In this document: positions 25,407 through 38,839 of the stretch, one piece after another
Numbering within the stretch: position 1 is the first letter of the stretch
Layout of the letters: each line of letters opens with the position of its first letter
DNA from: Squalus acanthias
Lineage: Eukaryota
Assembly: GCA_030390025.1 (NCBI GenBank)
Contig: CM059433.1
Location: 26,042,001 to 26,106,000 of the forward strand
Length of the DNA stretch: 64,000 nt
Direction of reading: 5' to 3'
Made by a program: the position numbers and the translations under genes
Notes under the pieces: generated by a model
The model's database searches: none
What the model was told of the DNA's origin: nothing
Seen by the model: the letters and a program-made list of their open reading frames with translations, nothing else

Positions 25407-26709
25407 ATTGAGTTGCTCACTAGTATCACCTGTGGGAAGATAAAAAAGTAAATGTTATGGCTCATTGCCTAACTTGTGTACTAATGTATGGAGCGGTAGG
25501 ATGGAATGATGCCTAAAATGGGAAGGAAAGTAAACTGCAGTCACTTGCACCTTTTAATGGCTGTCACATTGTGGCGTCCATAAATGCCTGAGAGAGGTTA
25601 ATCTCTGCCTTCTTTTCCAGAAAATGATCACTGCCCAACTAGATGACCTGAAAAGGAGGTAAAAAAAAGTTGCTAAAAATAGAAGGACCAACGAATACAA
25701 AATAAGGAACAAAATCCGCAGTATTTTGCTTTAGTGTTTAATACACTGCCATTTCTCTTCCAGGAATGCCCACCTTGAAGAGGTTCTGCTCTTCTCTCCG
25801 ACGGGATTTCCGTTTCTCTCTTTTACCTTGTTCATCTTCATTGCTTTCTGTTTCCCTTCTCGTGTTTGATCAGGTATCTACCAAAACTCGCTTTCACAGC
25901 CACATCTCTTTCCTCAGCAACTGTCTCTGGCTCCAATTTATTCCACATGGATTCCAACTGAAATTCCACCCTTCATGTTTTGGATCCACCCAGGATTACA
26001 GATATCTCCGAGATATTCAGTGTTCCTCGAACCACTGCTCTCGCCATATCCTGAGATCCACGCTCAACGCCATGCGCCACCACATGCATGCTCTCGACCT
26101 CACTCTTCAGCAGCACCGACTCACTCTATCTCAAAGATGTCCTGGTCCGCAGTTCCATTTCCTCCTTCGCCTCATCCGGCGCTTCAACAAAAAACTTTTT
26201 TCTTCCCTTCAGTTGTCAAGGATCGCAAGCTTCAACAACTCTTGGACACCAACGCCCCTCCGGAACCTTCTTCCCCTTCACGTTCCTCTGACCCCATCCC
26301 TTCTTCCAATCTCACCCCCTGCCGTGTTTTCACTATCCCCTCTGACCTTCCCCTCTCTGACCCCAAATGATGAGTCCTCAGCAAAGGCCTCAGCTTCATC
26401 CCCTTACACCCCCAGCTCAATGAATTTCGAGCTCGGCACGATGCTGAGCTCTTTTTCCATCGCCTTCGTCTCTGTGCCCACTTCTTTGGCCAGGAGTTTT
26501 CCGCCCGCACAGCTGACCCTTTCTCCCGTTTTCAGAAAACTCGTTCTACCTGGACCCCTCCCTCTGGCCTCTTACCCTCTCTAGATCTTTTCATTGCGAA
26601 CTGCCGGCGTGACATCAGCCATCTCAATTTCTCTGCTCCCCTCACTCACTCTAACCTACCTCCCTCTGAACTTGCAGCACTCCGTTCTCTCAGATCCAAC
26701 TCCAACATT

Positions 26710-27461
26710 GGCCCGTATTTTCCGATGCCTATGGGTGTGTGCGAGGTGTGTACACACCCGTAGGGACATCGGAATGCCGGTTCCAGACATGCGGAGCGCA
26801 TGCGCTGAAAACCGGCATTTCCGATCTGTCAAGAGTCCTCTTGACAGATCGCACGCCTGCCCTGGAGAAGGGCCTCTGCGGGGGGAGAGTTCCGCTTTCT
26901 GCAGAACCTCCGCCCGCTGAAATCACTTAAAATCTTACGCCTGGTAAAAGCAGTAAGGCCTGCTTTTACCAGCATAAGAGTTGAAAAAAAAGTTTAAAAT
27001 TTTTTCCCACTCATTTATAATTTAAAAATACTTTAAAAAAAGGTAAGTTTATTTTTAGCCCCGTAAAAAACTTCAATTATTTATTTTTTTAAATTAAATT
27101 TTTGTTTAAAATATTTAATTTAATATAATTTTAAGTCATTTTAAAACATGATGTCTTTTTTAATTTATTTAATGTTTTGATGTGTTTTTGGGGTGATCTC
27201 CATTCATATATTTGACAGGTTTATCTGTCAAAAGTATGAAGGGAGATTCCCTTCTCCTATTGGCTGGCCTAGCCCACGTGATCCCAGGGACGCTTGCGAA
27301 CTGCATGCGCCCCTGGGATACGTGGGCCCTGTGCATTTCAACTGTGAAGAGGCCCAGCATCGGAAGTGTCCAGACCTCGGGAGCCCTTAGGTAAGAGTGT
27401 CGATTTTTTTCCGATAGGAGGAATCTGCACGCAGGAAGCCTCCTATCGGAAATTAGGGGCC
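26710..27461 (+). mobile_element. Family X-related MITE inserted in the Penelope ORF, TSD ATT
   Basis: ATT on both flanks. Removal restores SNIVIKPADKG. Confidence 0.9.
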
Positions 27462-29398
27462 ATTGTCATTAAACCTGCTGACAAGGGTGGCGCTGTTGTT
27501 ATTTGGCGAACCGACCTCTACCTAGCGCAGGCTGAACGCCAACTCTCCGACACCTCCTCCTACCTTCCCCCTGACCCATGACCCCATTACCGAACATCAA
27601 GGAATCGTCTCCAAGACTGTCACTGACCTCATCTCCTCTGGAGATCTTCCCTCCACAGCCGCCAACCTCATAGTTCCCCAACCCCGCACAGCCCGCTTCT
27701 ATCTGCTTCCCAAGATCCACAAACAGGACTGCCCTAGTAGACCCATCATTTCAGCCTGTTCTTGCCCCACAGAACTGATTTCTTCCTATCTCAACTCTAT
27801 TTTTTTCCCCTTGTCCAGTTTCTTCCCACCTACATCTGCGACTCTTCCGACACCATCCACCACTTTAACAGTTTTCAGTTTCCTGACCCCAACCGTCTCC
27901 TTTTCACTATGGACGTACAATCCCTCTACACCTCCATCCCCCACCAGGACAGCCTGAGGGCACTCCGCTTCTTCCTTGAATAATGGCCCAACCAGTCCCC
28001 ATCCACCACCACCCTCCTCCGCCTGGCTGAACTTGTTCTCACATTGAGCAACTTCACCTTTGACTCCACTCACCTCCACCAAATTAAAGGTGTTGCTATG
28101 GGAACCCGCATGGGCCCTAGCTATGCCTGCCTTTTCGTGGGATATGTGGAACATTATTTGTTCCAGTCCCACTCATGTCCCCTCCCTCATCTCTTTTTCA
28201 GGTACATTGATGACTGTATCGGTGCCGTTTCCTGCTCTCGCCCTGATCTAGAAAAATTCATTCACTTTGCTTTCAATTTCCACCCTTCCCTCACCTTCAC
28301 ATGGTCCATCTCCAACTCTTCTCTTCCCTTCCTTGACTTCTTTGTCTCCATTTCTGGGGATCGGCTATTGACAAACATCCACTATAAACCCACTGACTCC
28401 CACAGCTACCTGGACTACATTTCCTCCCATCCTGCTTCCTGTAAGGACTCTATTCCATTCTCCCAGTTTCTCCATCTCCGTCGCATCTGTTCTGACGATG
28501 CCACCTTCCATACTAGTGCTTCCAATATGCCTTCCTTTTTTCTCAACCGAGGATTCCCCTCTACCATGGTTGACACGGCCCTCGACTGTGACTGTTCCAT
28601 TTCCTGCACTTCTGCTCTCACCCCTTCCCCTCCCTCCCAGAACCACAATAGGGTTCCTCTTGTCCTCACCTTGCACCCCACCAGCCTCCACATTCAATGG
28701 ATCATCCTCCACCATTTCTGCCACCTCCAACGTGATCCCACCACCAAACATATCTTCCCCTCACCTCTCCTTTCAGCATTCCGAAGGGACCACTCCTCTC
28801 GCGACATCCTGGTCCACTCCTCAATCACCCCCAACAGCCCCCCCCCTTCCCACGGCACCTTCCCATGCAAGCGCAGGAGATGCAATGCCTGCCCTTTTAC
28901 CTCCTACCTTCCCACTCTCCAGGGCCCCAAACATTCCTTCCAGGTGAAACAGCGATTTACTTGTACTTCTTGCAATTTAGTATACTGTATTCACTGCTCA
29001 CGATGCGGTCTCCTCTACATTGGGGAGACCAAACGCAGATTGGATGACCGCTTTGCGGACCACCTCCGTTCAGTCCATAAGTGTGACCCCAAGCTTCTGG
29101 TCGCCTGTCACTTTAATTCTCCGCCCCACTCCCACTCTGACCTCTCTATCCTTGGTCTCTTACACTGTTCCAACGAAGCTCAACATAAGCTCGAGGAACA
29201 GCACCTCATCTTTCGATGAGGCACTTCTGGACTCAACATCGAGTTCAATAATTTCAGACCATAACCTCTGCCCTTATTTTTTCACATGGCAGCTGTTGAT
29301 GATTCTGCCTTTCCTATTTCCACCTCTTCTAGACTCATATTTTGTTTCTTTACTTGTCCCATTACCATCTCATTTTGCCTTGCACTATCATACCTTTT

Positions 29399-30064
29399 GG
29401 CCTAAAATTTCGGTTGCTTTGCGCCTCCCAGTATCGCCCTACGAGGGCGCTAATGGGGCACAAAGCAACTAGCGCCTGGGCGTGGCGCCACCAACGCCTA
29501 CCGCGAAATTCAGCGGGAGGTTAGCGGCGATGGTAACCATTAGCGCCCCATGGCACTGCGCCGCCGGTGATGACGTCATCACCGTGCGCAGCGCCCCACT
29601 TGCGCCCTGGCCGCGATCTTCAGTAGCGCCCCCTGACTTACCACTGGACGCTATGTCCGACAGGGTCAGGGGGGTCTACCTGCGGCCGGGCCGGCGCAAA
29701 TTAAAAGGGAGGTGCCAGGCTGCCATTTTTGTTGCTGGCCGCTTGCCAGCACCTGCCCCCTCTGCCATCCCCGCCCCCCTCTGCAGCCCCCCTTCTCTTG
29801 AGTGCCGGGCTCTTTTGCCAGCACTCCAATCCCTGGTGGCTCAGCTGGGCCCCGGGTCGCGCTGTGCTAGGCCCCTCCCCTTTAATAAGGTGAGGAAGGC
29901 CTGCAGTACCGCGGCACATAGCGCCACGATCTTCACTTGCAGCCTCCCTCTTGGGGCGCTACTGGTGAATTTCGGCTGTGGGGGCGCTAATTTTTTTGGG
30001 GTGCTAAAAGTAGTGCCCCGGCGAAGATAGCGCCCCAAAGGGGGCGCGACCCAATTTTTCCCCC
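29399..30064. mobile_element. GC-rich Harbinger MITE, TSD TTT
   Basis: Homologous to 16631-17839 without the SINE. TTT on both flanks. Confidence 0.88.
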
Positions 30065-31158
30065 TTTGTCTTTTAATCACTCCTGCCTTCCAGCCGATCA
30101 CAAACCTTCCCTTTTGTTCTTTATTCCTCTCCTCCCTTTCCCTGCTGCTGCACTTGCTTAAAACCTGTTACATCTCCAACTTTTTCCAGCTCCAGGTGAA
30201 AGGTCATCGACCTGAAACGTTAACTCAGTTTCTCTCTCCACGGATGCTGCCTGACCTGCTGAGTATTTCCAGCATTTTCTGTTTTTATTTTAAAAAATGA
30301 GCTGTTGGTCATAAAAGGTTCTAAAATTCTGTAAAATGCTGTATTTTCTATCTACTCAGCACAGACCTCAGCCACAGCATCACATGTGCACTAGTCAAAC
30401 CGCACAGTGAATGGGACCTGAACACAGAGCGAGTCCGCAGAGCAAGTGCGCTCCCAAGCATAGAGCTAGAGCAATCTGACACAGAACATTATTGGGAAAG
30501 GCCTTGGGAACCTTTTCAGCTGGGAACCAGCGTGAAATGTAAAAGACTCAAAGGGGAACAAAGTAACCAAAAATGGAGAGGAAGGGATGTGTTCAATCCA
30601 TTAGCTGAAAACACCACCATAGTACAGCAATAGTCTCTGACTGTGAAGAGGCACGCAATCAAAATCAAGCAAACTTGATTATTACAAACCTCACACCAGA
30701 GCAAATGTCTTGCATGGACCCAGGTGAAGTTTTGTTACAGGCGGCAGAGGAGCTCAGATATTGCTAAGATGGCCTGCTGATTAAAAGAACTAGATTTGCA
30801 GTCCCTCTGAATTTGTTAGTATGAGATTTGACTGGAACTAAATTAGTGGCAGGATGGGTAAATGCATCTCCTTTTATTCGGTTTGTTCTTGATTCGTAGA
30901 TGGAAAAAATAAGGAAACAATAAAAATAAGAAAGTCATAGAACCTTTTCCAAAAAAGAGAGATTTCATATGGAAAGACTCTACTGAAGGTAACTTCACAG
31001 AAATGGTAAAAATTGAAAACATGGGCCAGGTTGAATCATTTCCAATTGCGGTAATATGAACCATGGTTACTTGGATAATTCAGACTGCACTAAATCATCC
31101 ACATTCTGGCAAATCTAACAAATACATTCAAATATAATATTCTTTTAATGCATTGCAG

Positions 31159-31311
31159 GTGAAGCTTGCACACTGAAGAATCTCAGCAGTTGTAATATAA
31201 CCATCCAATACTTAACTGACAGTTACCCAGCATTTAGAGAGTGCAACTGTCTTGAAGATAAATCATGCGACTTTCTCAGACAACTTGGAACACAGTGCAC
31301 CAGCCAAGGAG
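31159..31311 (+). CDS. GFRAL: GFRAL-like exon: second half of domain D1
   Basis: ttgcag|...|gtaatg, phase 1-1, 153 nt. GEACTLKNLSSCNITIQYLTDSYPAFRECNCLEDKSC parallels human GDPCKMRNSSYCNLSIQYLVESNFQFKECLC (recalled). Confidence 0.9.
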
Positions 31312-32034
31312 GTAATGCAACACCCAGAAGTGTATAATGAGGTGGGATCAATTAATTTGCAAACAGCCTGATGTTCTATCATTTCTAATAACCGTCAATG
31401 GAAAAATAAGGTGCGAGACTTACCCAGGATTAACACCTGCTTAAAAATTAGAGGGATTTAGTGCAAGCATGTGTTTCTACAGGAACAGCACCAATCAGAA
31501 AATACACAATTTAAAACTGTGCAAATTAGGAGTAAATAGGGAATTCAGTTTGGACTATTTCACAGAGTAATAAATAAACATATGGAACAAATTATCAGGA
31601 AAGGTCATTGTAATGAGTTAAAGGGACAAGTGCATATGTTTTGGAGAAAGGAAGGGTTGAGTATGTGGTGAAAAGGTAAAAAAGCAGGGTTGAGATTAAC
31701 TAAAAACAGGTTGGCTTGTTAGGCAAAATGTCCTTTTCCTGTTCCTAAAATTTCCTCGCAGCATCGAATCAGCCGCCCGCAGTCACTGGAACGGAATATC
31801 AAGCGCTGTGTATAACGGGAGGCCGATCCGATATCGCCTGTTTTGCACCACCGCCAGAGACAAATTTCTAGGCCTTTGCCTTTTAAAGGGAAAAATCAAA
31901 TTAAAACTTTTCAGTCAATATTGTTAAGGACTTAAACAGGTGCATCAAAGTTATTGCTGAAATGTATCAATGTATTTTCGATAACTTTCTAAATGGTGTT
32001 TGACATTTGAGCATTTACTCTCCTTTTCGTGCAG

Positions 32035-32445
32035 AGTTCTCCAGAACAGCTCCTGTTAATCCGGAAATACAGCCTGACTGGAGTCAACATTTAAGACTGA
32101 CAAGTGTAAATAAACACATAAGGAAGGACAATGATTGTTCAGTAGCTAGATATCACTGTCTAAAATCCACAAATTGCAGTTCAGTGTATGCAAAGTTTAA
32201 GAAGATGTGCAAGAACAAGAAAGATAACTGCAGCATCCCGTCTGTAGGACAACAGTGTTTAACTGCATGGCAAGCATTACAGCAAACAAAGCTCGCCAAC
32301 TGTGGCTGCTCAAGACAGGGAAGACTAAAATGCCTGAGAATACAGACCAGCCTTTCCAACAATGCGTGTGTACAAATTGCACATAAAGATCGAAATACAA
32401 GCAGTGATGAAGGAAGGAAAGAGAATAATCCTGGCGGGGGCAGCA
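32035..32445 (+). CDS. GFRAL: GFRAL-like exon encoding an additional complete 10-Cys GFR/GAS1-type domain
   Basis: cttttcgtgcag|...|gtatgt, phase 1-1, 411 nt, open. Cys pattern C-x6-C-x5-C-x10-C-x6-C-x8-C-x14-CxC-x7-C-x11-C. Confidence 0.8.
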
Positions 32446-32565
32446 GTATGTTGGCATCAGTGCCTTCTAGCACTTTGAACAGAGATTCTTTCATGTTTTG
32501 AATCTGCTATTGATTTCTGGGCCAAGTTTATGTACATAATGTTTTCACTGTTCTTTCTATTGCAG

Positions 32566-32637
32566 GTACAGCTGACTTCATGGAGAGTGGAAAATCAACA
32601 ACAGAGTCCACTGTTCTTGCCAAATATGATAATGAAA
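32566..32637 (+). CDS. GFRAL: GFRAL-like linker exon
   Basis: ttctttctattgcag|...|gtaaga, phase 1-1, 72 nt, TADFMESGKSTTESTVLAKYDNE. Supported by splice signals and phase only. Confidence 0.65.
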
Positions 32638-33493
32638 GTAAGAGACAAAAGAGCCTTGCCTATCAGGAGCATATATTGGGAAATTGGCCCTAAAAGGTGC
32701 AATTTTGCACATCCTCATAATCAATAAAGGAAAATCCCACTAGATACTCCTAATTTTCCTTTGCAGAGTGTAACGTCAAGCCTGAATTGCCATTAGTATG
32801 TGTCTCTGCCTAGCATTTTTCCTGATGGATGCTATGCAGATGAACATAAGGGGCCAGTTATACCACAGTTACTCAGTGCACAGCTGGTCGACCAGAGTTG
32901 TATTGTTAGCTCCCTCGTCACTGACCAGGGATCATAGCACTTCATACAGAGTTCTGCTCACCAGCTTCCAACTGTCAGAGTGAAATTCTAATTTTAAGAG
33001 AGAGTTGATGGACTGAGTGTACAATGCTAACATTAAAAACATAGAAAATTAGGTTTAAAATGTTCCCAGATGGTCCATTGGACTGCCTGGGAACCTTTTA
33101 AACTTGGCTTCAAACTAGAGTGCAGTTATTGAGCATTTGGCATAAACCCCAAGTGGAATGAGACTACTCCTTTGGAGAGTCAGGAGCTCACCCTTTTACT
33201 ATAACGCAGCCAGAATGTCAACCTGGCTTCCAAGTTATACTTCTGCCTTTGTGTTGATGTACCTCCAAAACTATGGTTGCAAATCAGTAAATAATATTCA
33301 ACTTGGCCAGTGTTGAGTATTCACTGCTAATGATTTCCTGTACCAGTATATTACCTGTTTACTCTTGAGAACAAAGGTTATATTTAACACCCAAAAATAT
33401 CTGATCTGATAGATTCTGCAAAGCTCCTTCCTGCTTGCAAAGTAAATTGAACAAAGTTGTAGAATATCATTCTAATGTTACATCTCACATTAT

Positions 33494-35023
33494 GGCCGGA
33501 ATTTTACCACTGCTCAGAATGCAGGTTTGGAGGCGGGGTCCGCTGTCAAGCCCGCCTCCTTGTCAGTTTCCCAAGTGTCGGGTCTGCCATCCCTGAACAG
33601 ACCCGACACCAAGTGGCGGGTCAGCCAATTTAGATACTTAAAAGCTTGTTAGAAGGTAGTTAAGAACCATTTTCCCATGTACTTACCATTTTACCAGGTT
33701 TTTAACAAGGTTCCCGGAGAGCGGGTATCACGTCAGGTAAGTAGATAGGGTGTTGTGTCAGCATGGAATGATTTACTAACCTGACAGCTGCAAATGTTCT
33801 ATGAAAGCTCCCATTTCATAGGTCTTCACTTTCCAACATTTAGAAGCTGTTGCTTACTGCATTTGGAAGACAGATTGAGCTTTATGCAGCTAGCAAATGT
33901 TTGGAACAAACTCTATCCAGTGTCACCTCATTGGAACAACCTCTCTTACCATTGACAGATCGCTTCTGTCATCTCAACATCACCTGTCATCTATTCCATC
34001 AGCATCGGTGCCCTTGAAACTATCTCAACTTGGTCCTCAGAATCCCAACACGATCAGCCCCAACATCAGCATCACCGGGCATACCAGCAGCACCAACAAC
34101 AACACCAAACTTCTCCGCAATCAACTGATGCTGCACAGGACAGAGGGCATCAGCACCCGACTACATTGCTGCCCTGGACGCCAGCGATGGCCTCACCATG
34201 TCCAGATTTGCTTCATTTAACACTGTACATCCTGGCTGCCACATGATGCGCCAGGTTGGCACCACTCCACACCAGCACCATAAAGCATCCCTACAATGTC
34301 CAAGCCATTCCTTTCACACTCATCACCATTGGGAGAGGGGGACGTTATGTCTCACCATTCACTGGAACTCACTAATATACTTCCAAAGGTGCACACAAAT
34401 CTGTCCAAGAAGGCAAAGTGGTGAAAATAAGTGATAATGTAGATAGAGAGGGATGGGTGGAGGTGTAAGGTAAGTTGGTGTGAGTAAGGATGTGCAGGAG
34501 TAGGGTAGGGAAGGCAGAGTGTTGGGGATGTGATGAGTGGCACAGGAGGATGAGTTCGAGTGTGGCTTTGCTGTAACGTTTCGTAATCTACTTTGATCAT
34601 TGAAAGGTTTGCGCCACTGCAGCCAGGTCTTCCTGACGACACCCCTGCTTGTGCCCTGCTGTGCAATGTGTCACCAGGCTCTGTTGGTGTCCTGGGGAGG
34701 TCTCTTCCCCCCATTGGAAGGGAAGAGAACCTCCCTGTGTCCTGTGACTCCCTCTATAAGCATATGGAGGGAGTCAAGGGAGAGCCTGGGTGCAGCCGTG
34801 CATCTCTATGCAGTGCTCGTAAGTGTTTGCAGCACCTCAGCGTCATCAAATGACATCATCAGACCCACCTCCTATTAATTGGCTGGGAATCTCGCAGGGT
34901 GGGCTTAACAAGCCCCATCAACAGAAAATCATATTGGCGGCTGGGATCGAGACAGATGCGGGGTCCCCACATGCCACGGATGTCGCCCGCCACAGACCCG
35001 CCGAGGTTGGAAAACTCCAGCCC
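33494..35023. mobile_element. Internally deleted Harbinger element
   Basis: TIR-like ends ggccggaatttt / aaaactccagccc. Decayed Myb exon 1 on the minus strand at about 34570-34800, similar to 62416-62655. Confidence 0.75.
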
Positions 35024-36993
35024 TATATGCCCTAGTGCAATTTTCTTTCTCTCATGACAGTTCCAGGGACCTCAGAGGCTTAGGCCCCATCACATAGCAT
35101 CTAATCATCGCTATCTTTGCTCATCCTTATAATCCTCTATTCCACTCAATCAGATCTTCATCCAGGTTCCTTTGAAAGGTAACAGTTGGCACAGCATCAA
35201 CTGTGCTATCTGGCCGTCTCCTTCACAAACCCATCACTCTGACAAAAAAAATGACATTCCCTCTGCGCAATGACTGTAATTTTGGAAAGACTGATGATGG
35301 ATTAAAGCAAAAAAAATGAATGGCAGACTGGTAAAGGGCAGGTCAATACATTCACTTTATTCCATGGTTTTCTTGCTTTGGTTAACGCAACAACAACACT
35401 CCTCTCATATTGGTTGCAAGTTTTTGCTCATGTTTCTATATATAATTTTTATTTATGCAACCTGAAAATCTCAGAATAATCTTTAAGAGTTACATTATAA
35501 ATTGATGCAGTGATACAGTTGTGTATTTTAGTAGTCCTTGCTGCTTTTTTTTAGTACAATGATCTCCAAAAATTATCCTTTTTAAAAAATAATAATAGTT
35601 ACTTAGGTCATCAAAAAAATGGAAGCTGTGTAATACAGCACCACTCAGCACATCAATATGAAAAATGAATGAGGAAATGCATATGACTATGCTGTAAAAA
35701 GCATTAAGTGTTAGAAATGAGATTGTTTTCCGCCATGTGGTGTAAATATTACAAATCCTCTCGTAATCCTGGCGATCACCAAACAAATACACACACATAA
35801 CATTGAACATAAACCTGACACACATAAAATGAAGAGGTACACATGGCACATTAAACATTGATGCACAGGTAGCCTCTTTGTTTGAAAAAATATAACAAAC
35901 ATTTCAGTATTACTACCTCCGGTTTTGCCGGTTTTCAAAGAGTGATTAGTTTTTATTTTACATCTTGACCTTTTATGTGAAATTTCCAGATGCATCTGAT
36001 CCTCGTTACAAAGCACCCATCGAGTGCACTTACACTGCAGTCACTTGTCTGAAATGGGGACCTGCAGTTTAGGCTCCAGCCAGGCAGAACCATGTTTATG
36101 TTGCCTGGCTGCGCCTTGGCTGCAACTTTAACTTTCTTGCCCAGGAGAAAGCTGCTGAGGTAAAGGACATGTGCAGAGCTCTCTATCGCGCAGCAGTTCA
36201 AATTTTAAAATGTTTAGAAAGTGGGAGGAATCCAACAGAACCCATTCGCACTTTGTAAACCAGGTTTGACATTGCCCTGGATTTATACTCCACGTGGTGT
36301 CAAGTCAAAGTGGTGTGACACGACCTCCCTCCAGGGAGCTTTACTTTGGAGTCAGATTCCACCCTGACCCCAGATTTGCTCTGCCAGTTGTGCATTGGTA
36401 CAAAGCCAAAACCATTTCACACAGATGTTGAACTTGCACTGTGAGTTCTCGGTAAGAGATGTAATTGAGAAAATTTGCAGGGCTACAGGGGAAAGGGCAG
36501 GGGAATGGGACTAATTGGAGAGCCCTTTCAAAGAGCTGGCACAGGCACGATGGGCTGAATGGCCTCCAGCTGTGCGGTAAGATTCTATGATGAAGGGGAA
36601 TGCTTTGTGGCTGCTACTTTTGCTGCTTCAGATCGATGTAGAAGTTACCCCGGCGATTACTTTGCACGCATGTTTTTATTTAGAAGCTAAATAAAATTCC
36701 GAACTAAAAATATCTCTGTAGCAGCACAAGAATCAGAGCAGAGTTACAGCTGAAGTGGCCTCAGTTCAGTATTTTGTGTTGGTGTGAAGCCAGCTGGAGG
36801 AGGCCTTGCGTCACCTTGGCTTTAAGATTAAAATTTAATTAGAATACGGGTGGTTTGCTGGGCCAGTGCAAAAATTGGCCCTTTTCTAACATTAGACATT
36901 TCATTGGCCAGCGAAAAGTACTCAGCATATATTTTTTTAAGTATGGATGTGCAATGCACTGCTCTTCCGCAATTTAAGAGGAAGGAGAGCGGG

Positions 36994-37107
36994 CAGTATA
37001 GCTCAGTGCTGCCAGTATAGCTCAGTGCTGCCAGTATAGCTCAGTGCTGCCAGTATAGCTCAGTGCTGCCAGTATAGCTCAGTGCTGCCAGTATAACTCA
37101 GTGCTGC
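36994..37107. repeat. 19-bp tandem repeat, 6 copies
   Basis: CAGTATAGCTCAGTGCTGC x6, one substitution in the last copy. Confidence 0.97.
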
Positions 37108-37852
37108 CCAATCACAGTACTATCAATATCACACATATAAAACCAGCAGGGGCAGTATACTTCACCATAATTATTCAACAGAAACATGGAGAAAGAAAGA
37201 AAACATCAAAATGTTTTGCAATGCTATGCAAATAATCTGGAAAGAAGCAATGAAATGGTTGGGGTCAATTTTAACTGGGGCCACATTCGGGTGGGTGGGG
37301 TGAGGGGCGGTAGTGAAACCCTCGGGGGGGAGCTCAGCTTGAGGCCTGGGCCATTTTCACTCCCAGGCCTCATTTGAGGACAGTCTCCCGCCTGAAACCC
37401 TCAGTGGCGTCAGGGCTGGAGGGCAGGAGGAAAATCCAGCTCAGGACCAATGGCCCTGTAAGTGCTCCAGGGGTCCCACGCAGCCGGCTTGCTGGCTTTT
37501 CAATAGAAAACCTGCGCATGCGCCGTATTTTGAATGGGCTGCGCAGCCCCTTAAGGGGGCCACGCAACCCGAAAAAAAATTACAGGGAACATTGTTCAAG
37601 ACTCGAGGATGCCGGGGACCAAATGGAACGGTCCCTGGCGTAAAGTTGGCACTGGGCAGGGTCCTTGGCAGCCGATGCCAGTGCTGGCAAGGAGAGGCAA
37701 GGCCACAGCTGGGGAAGCCCAAGGACTCCTGGCAGGGCTTGGGGCCCACAAGGATTCCTCAGATAACTTTAATTTTTTAAGTTACCTTCGCCTCTTCTGA
37801 CCACTCCACCTCTTCCACCATGGTTCTGCTGTTGGAGTTCACCCCATGTGGA

Positions 37853-38720
37853 TTTACATAGGATTACATAGGATATACAGCACAGAAACAGGCCATTCAG
37901 CCCAACCAGCCCATGCCGGCGTTTATGCTCCACTTGAGCCTCTTCCAGTCTTTCCTCATCTAAATCTATCAGCATAACCCTCTATTCCCTTCTCCCTCAT
38001 ATGCTTGTCCAGCCTCCCCTTAAATGCATCCATACAATTCACTTCAACCACTCCCTGTGGTAGCGAGTTCCACATTCTCACCACTCTCTGGGTAAAGAAG
38101 TCTCTTCTGAATTCCCTATTGGATTTCTTGGTGACCATCTTATATTGATGGCCTCTAGTTATGCTCTTCCCCACAAGTGGAAACATTCTCTCTGTATCCA
38201 CTCTATCAAAACCTTTCATAATTTTAAAGACCTCTATTAGGTCACCCCTCAGCCTTCTTTTTTCAAGAGAAAAGAGACCCAGCCTGTTCATCCTTTCCTG
38301 ATATGTATACCCTCGCATTTCTGGTATCATCCTTGTAAATCTTCTCTGCACCCTCTCCAGTGCCTCTATATCCTTTTTATAATATGGCGACCAGAACTGT
38401 ACGCAGTGTGGTCTAACCAAGGTTCGAGACAGGTTTAGCATAACTTCCCTAATTTTCAATTCTATCCCTCTAGAAATAAACCCTAGTGCTTGGTTTGCTT
38501 TTTTATAGCCTTGCTAACCTGTGTCGCAACTTTTAGTGATTTGTGTATTTGTACTCCGAGATCTCTTTGTTCCTCTACCCCACCTAGACTCGCACCCTCC
38601 AAGTGATAAGTGACCTCCCTATCCTTCCTACCAAAATGTAATACCTCACATTTATCTGTGTTGAACTTCATTTGCCAATTATTTGCCCATTCTGCAAGTT
38701 TATTAATGTACTCCTGTAAT
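37853..38720 (-). mobile_element. CR1 LINE 3' fragment
   Basis: ORFs 37956-38459 and 38483-38671: MKFNTDKC, CVQFWSP, RRLRGDLIE, FFTQRVV. Confidence 0.92.
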
Positions 38721-38839
38721 TCCCGAGTTCAAAGTTAAGTTGCTGTTACTGCTCCGATGATATCACTGGGTCACGACTTTTCAATGTAGAATACCTACTG
38801 TACTGTCTCTAATATTAGGTTACTGGGCCTTGAATAGCA

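Larger units (their letters stand above)
25714..30290 (+). mobile_element. Penelope-like retroelement, near unit length, decayed RT + GIY-YIG ORF, with two MITE insertions
   Basis: IKPADKGGAVV, LFTMDVQSLYTSIP, GVAMGTRMGP, RYIDD, VYCIHCSRCGLLYIGETKR (GIY-YIG). Confidence 0.93.

Noticed and set aside
36994..37107. Possible CRISPR-like array (also considered for 12843-14028)
   Set aside because: Head-to-tail repeats with no unique spacers, no cas genes, and a vertebrate context.
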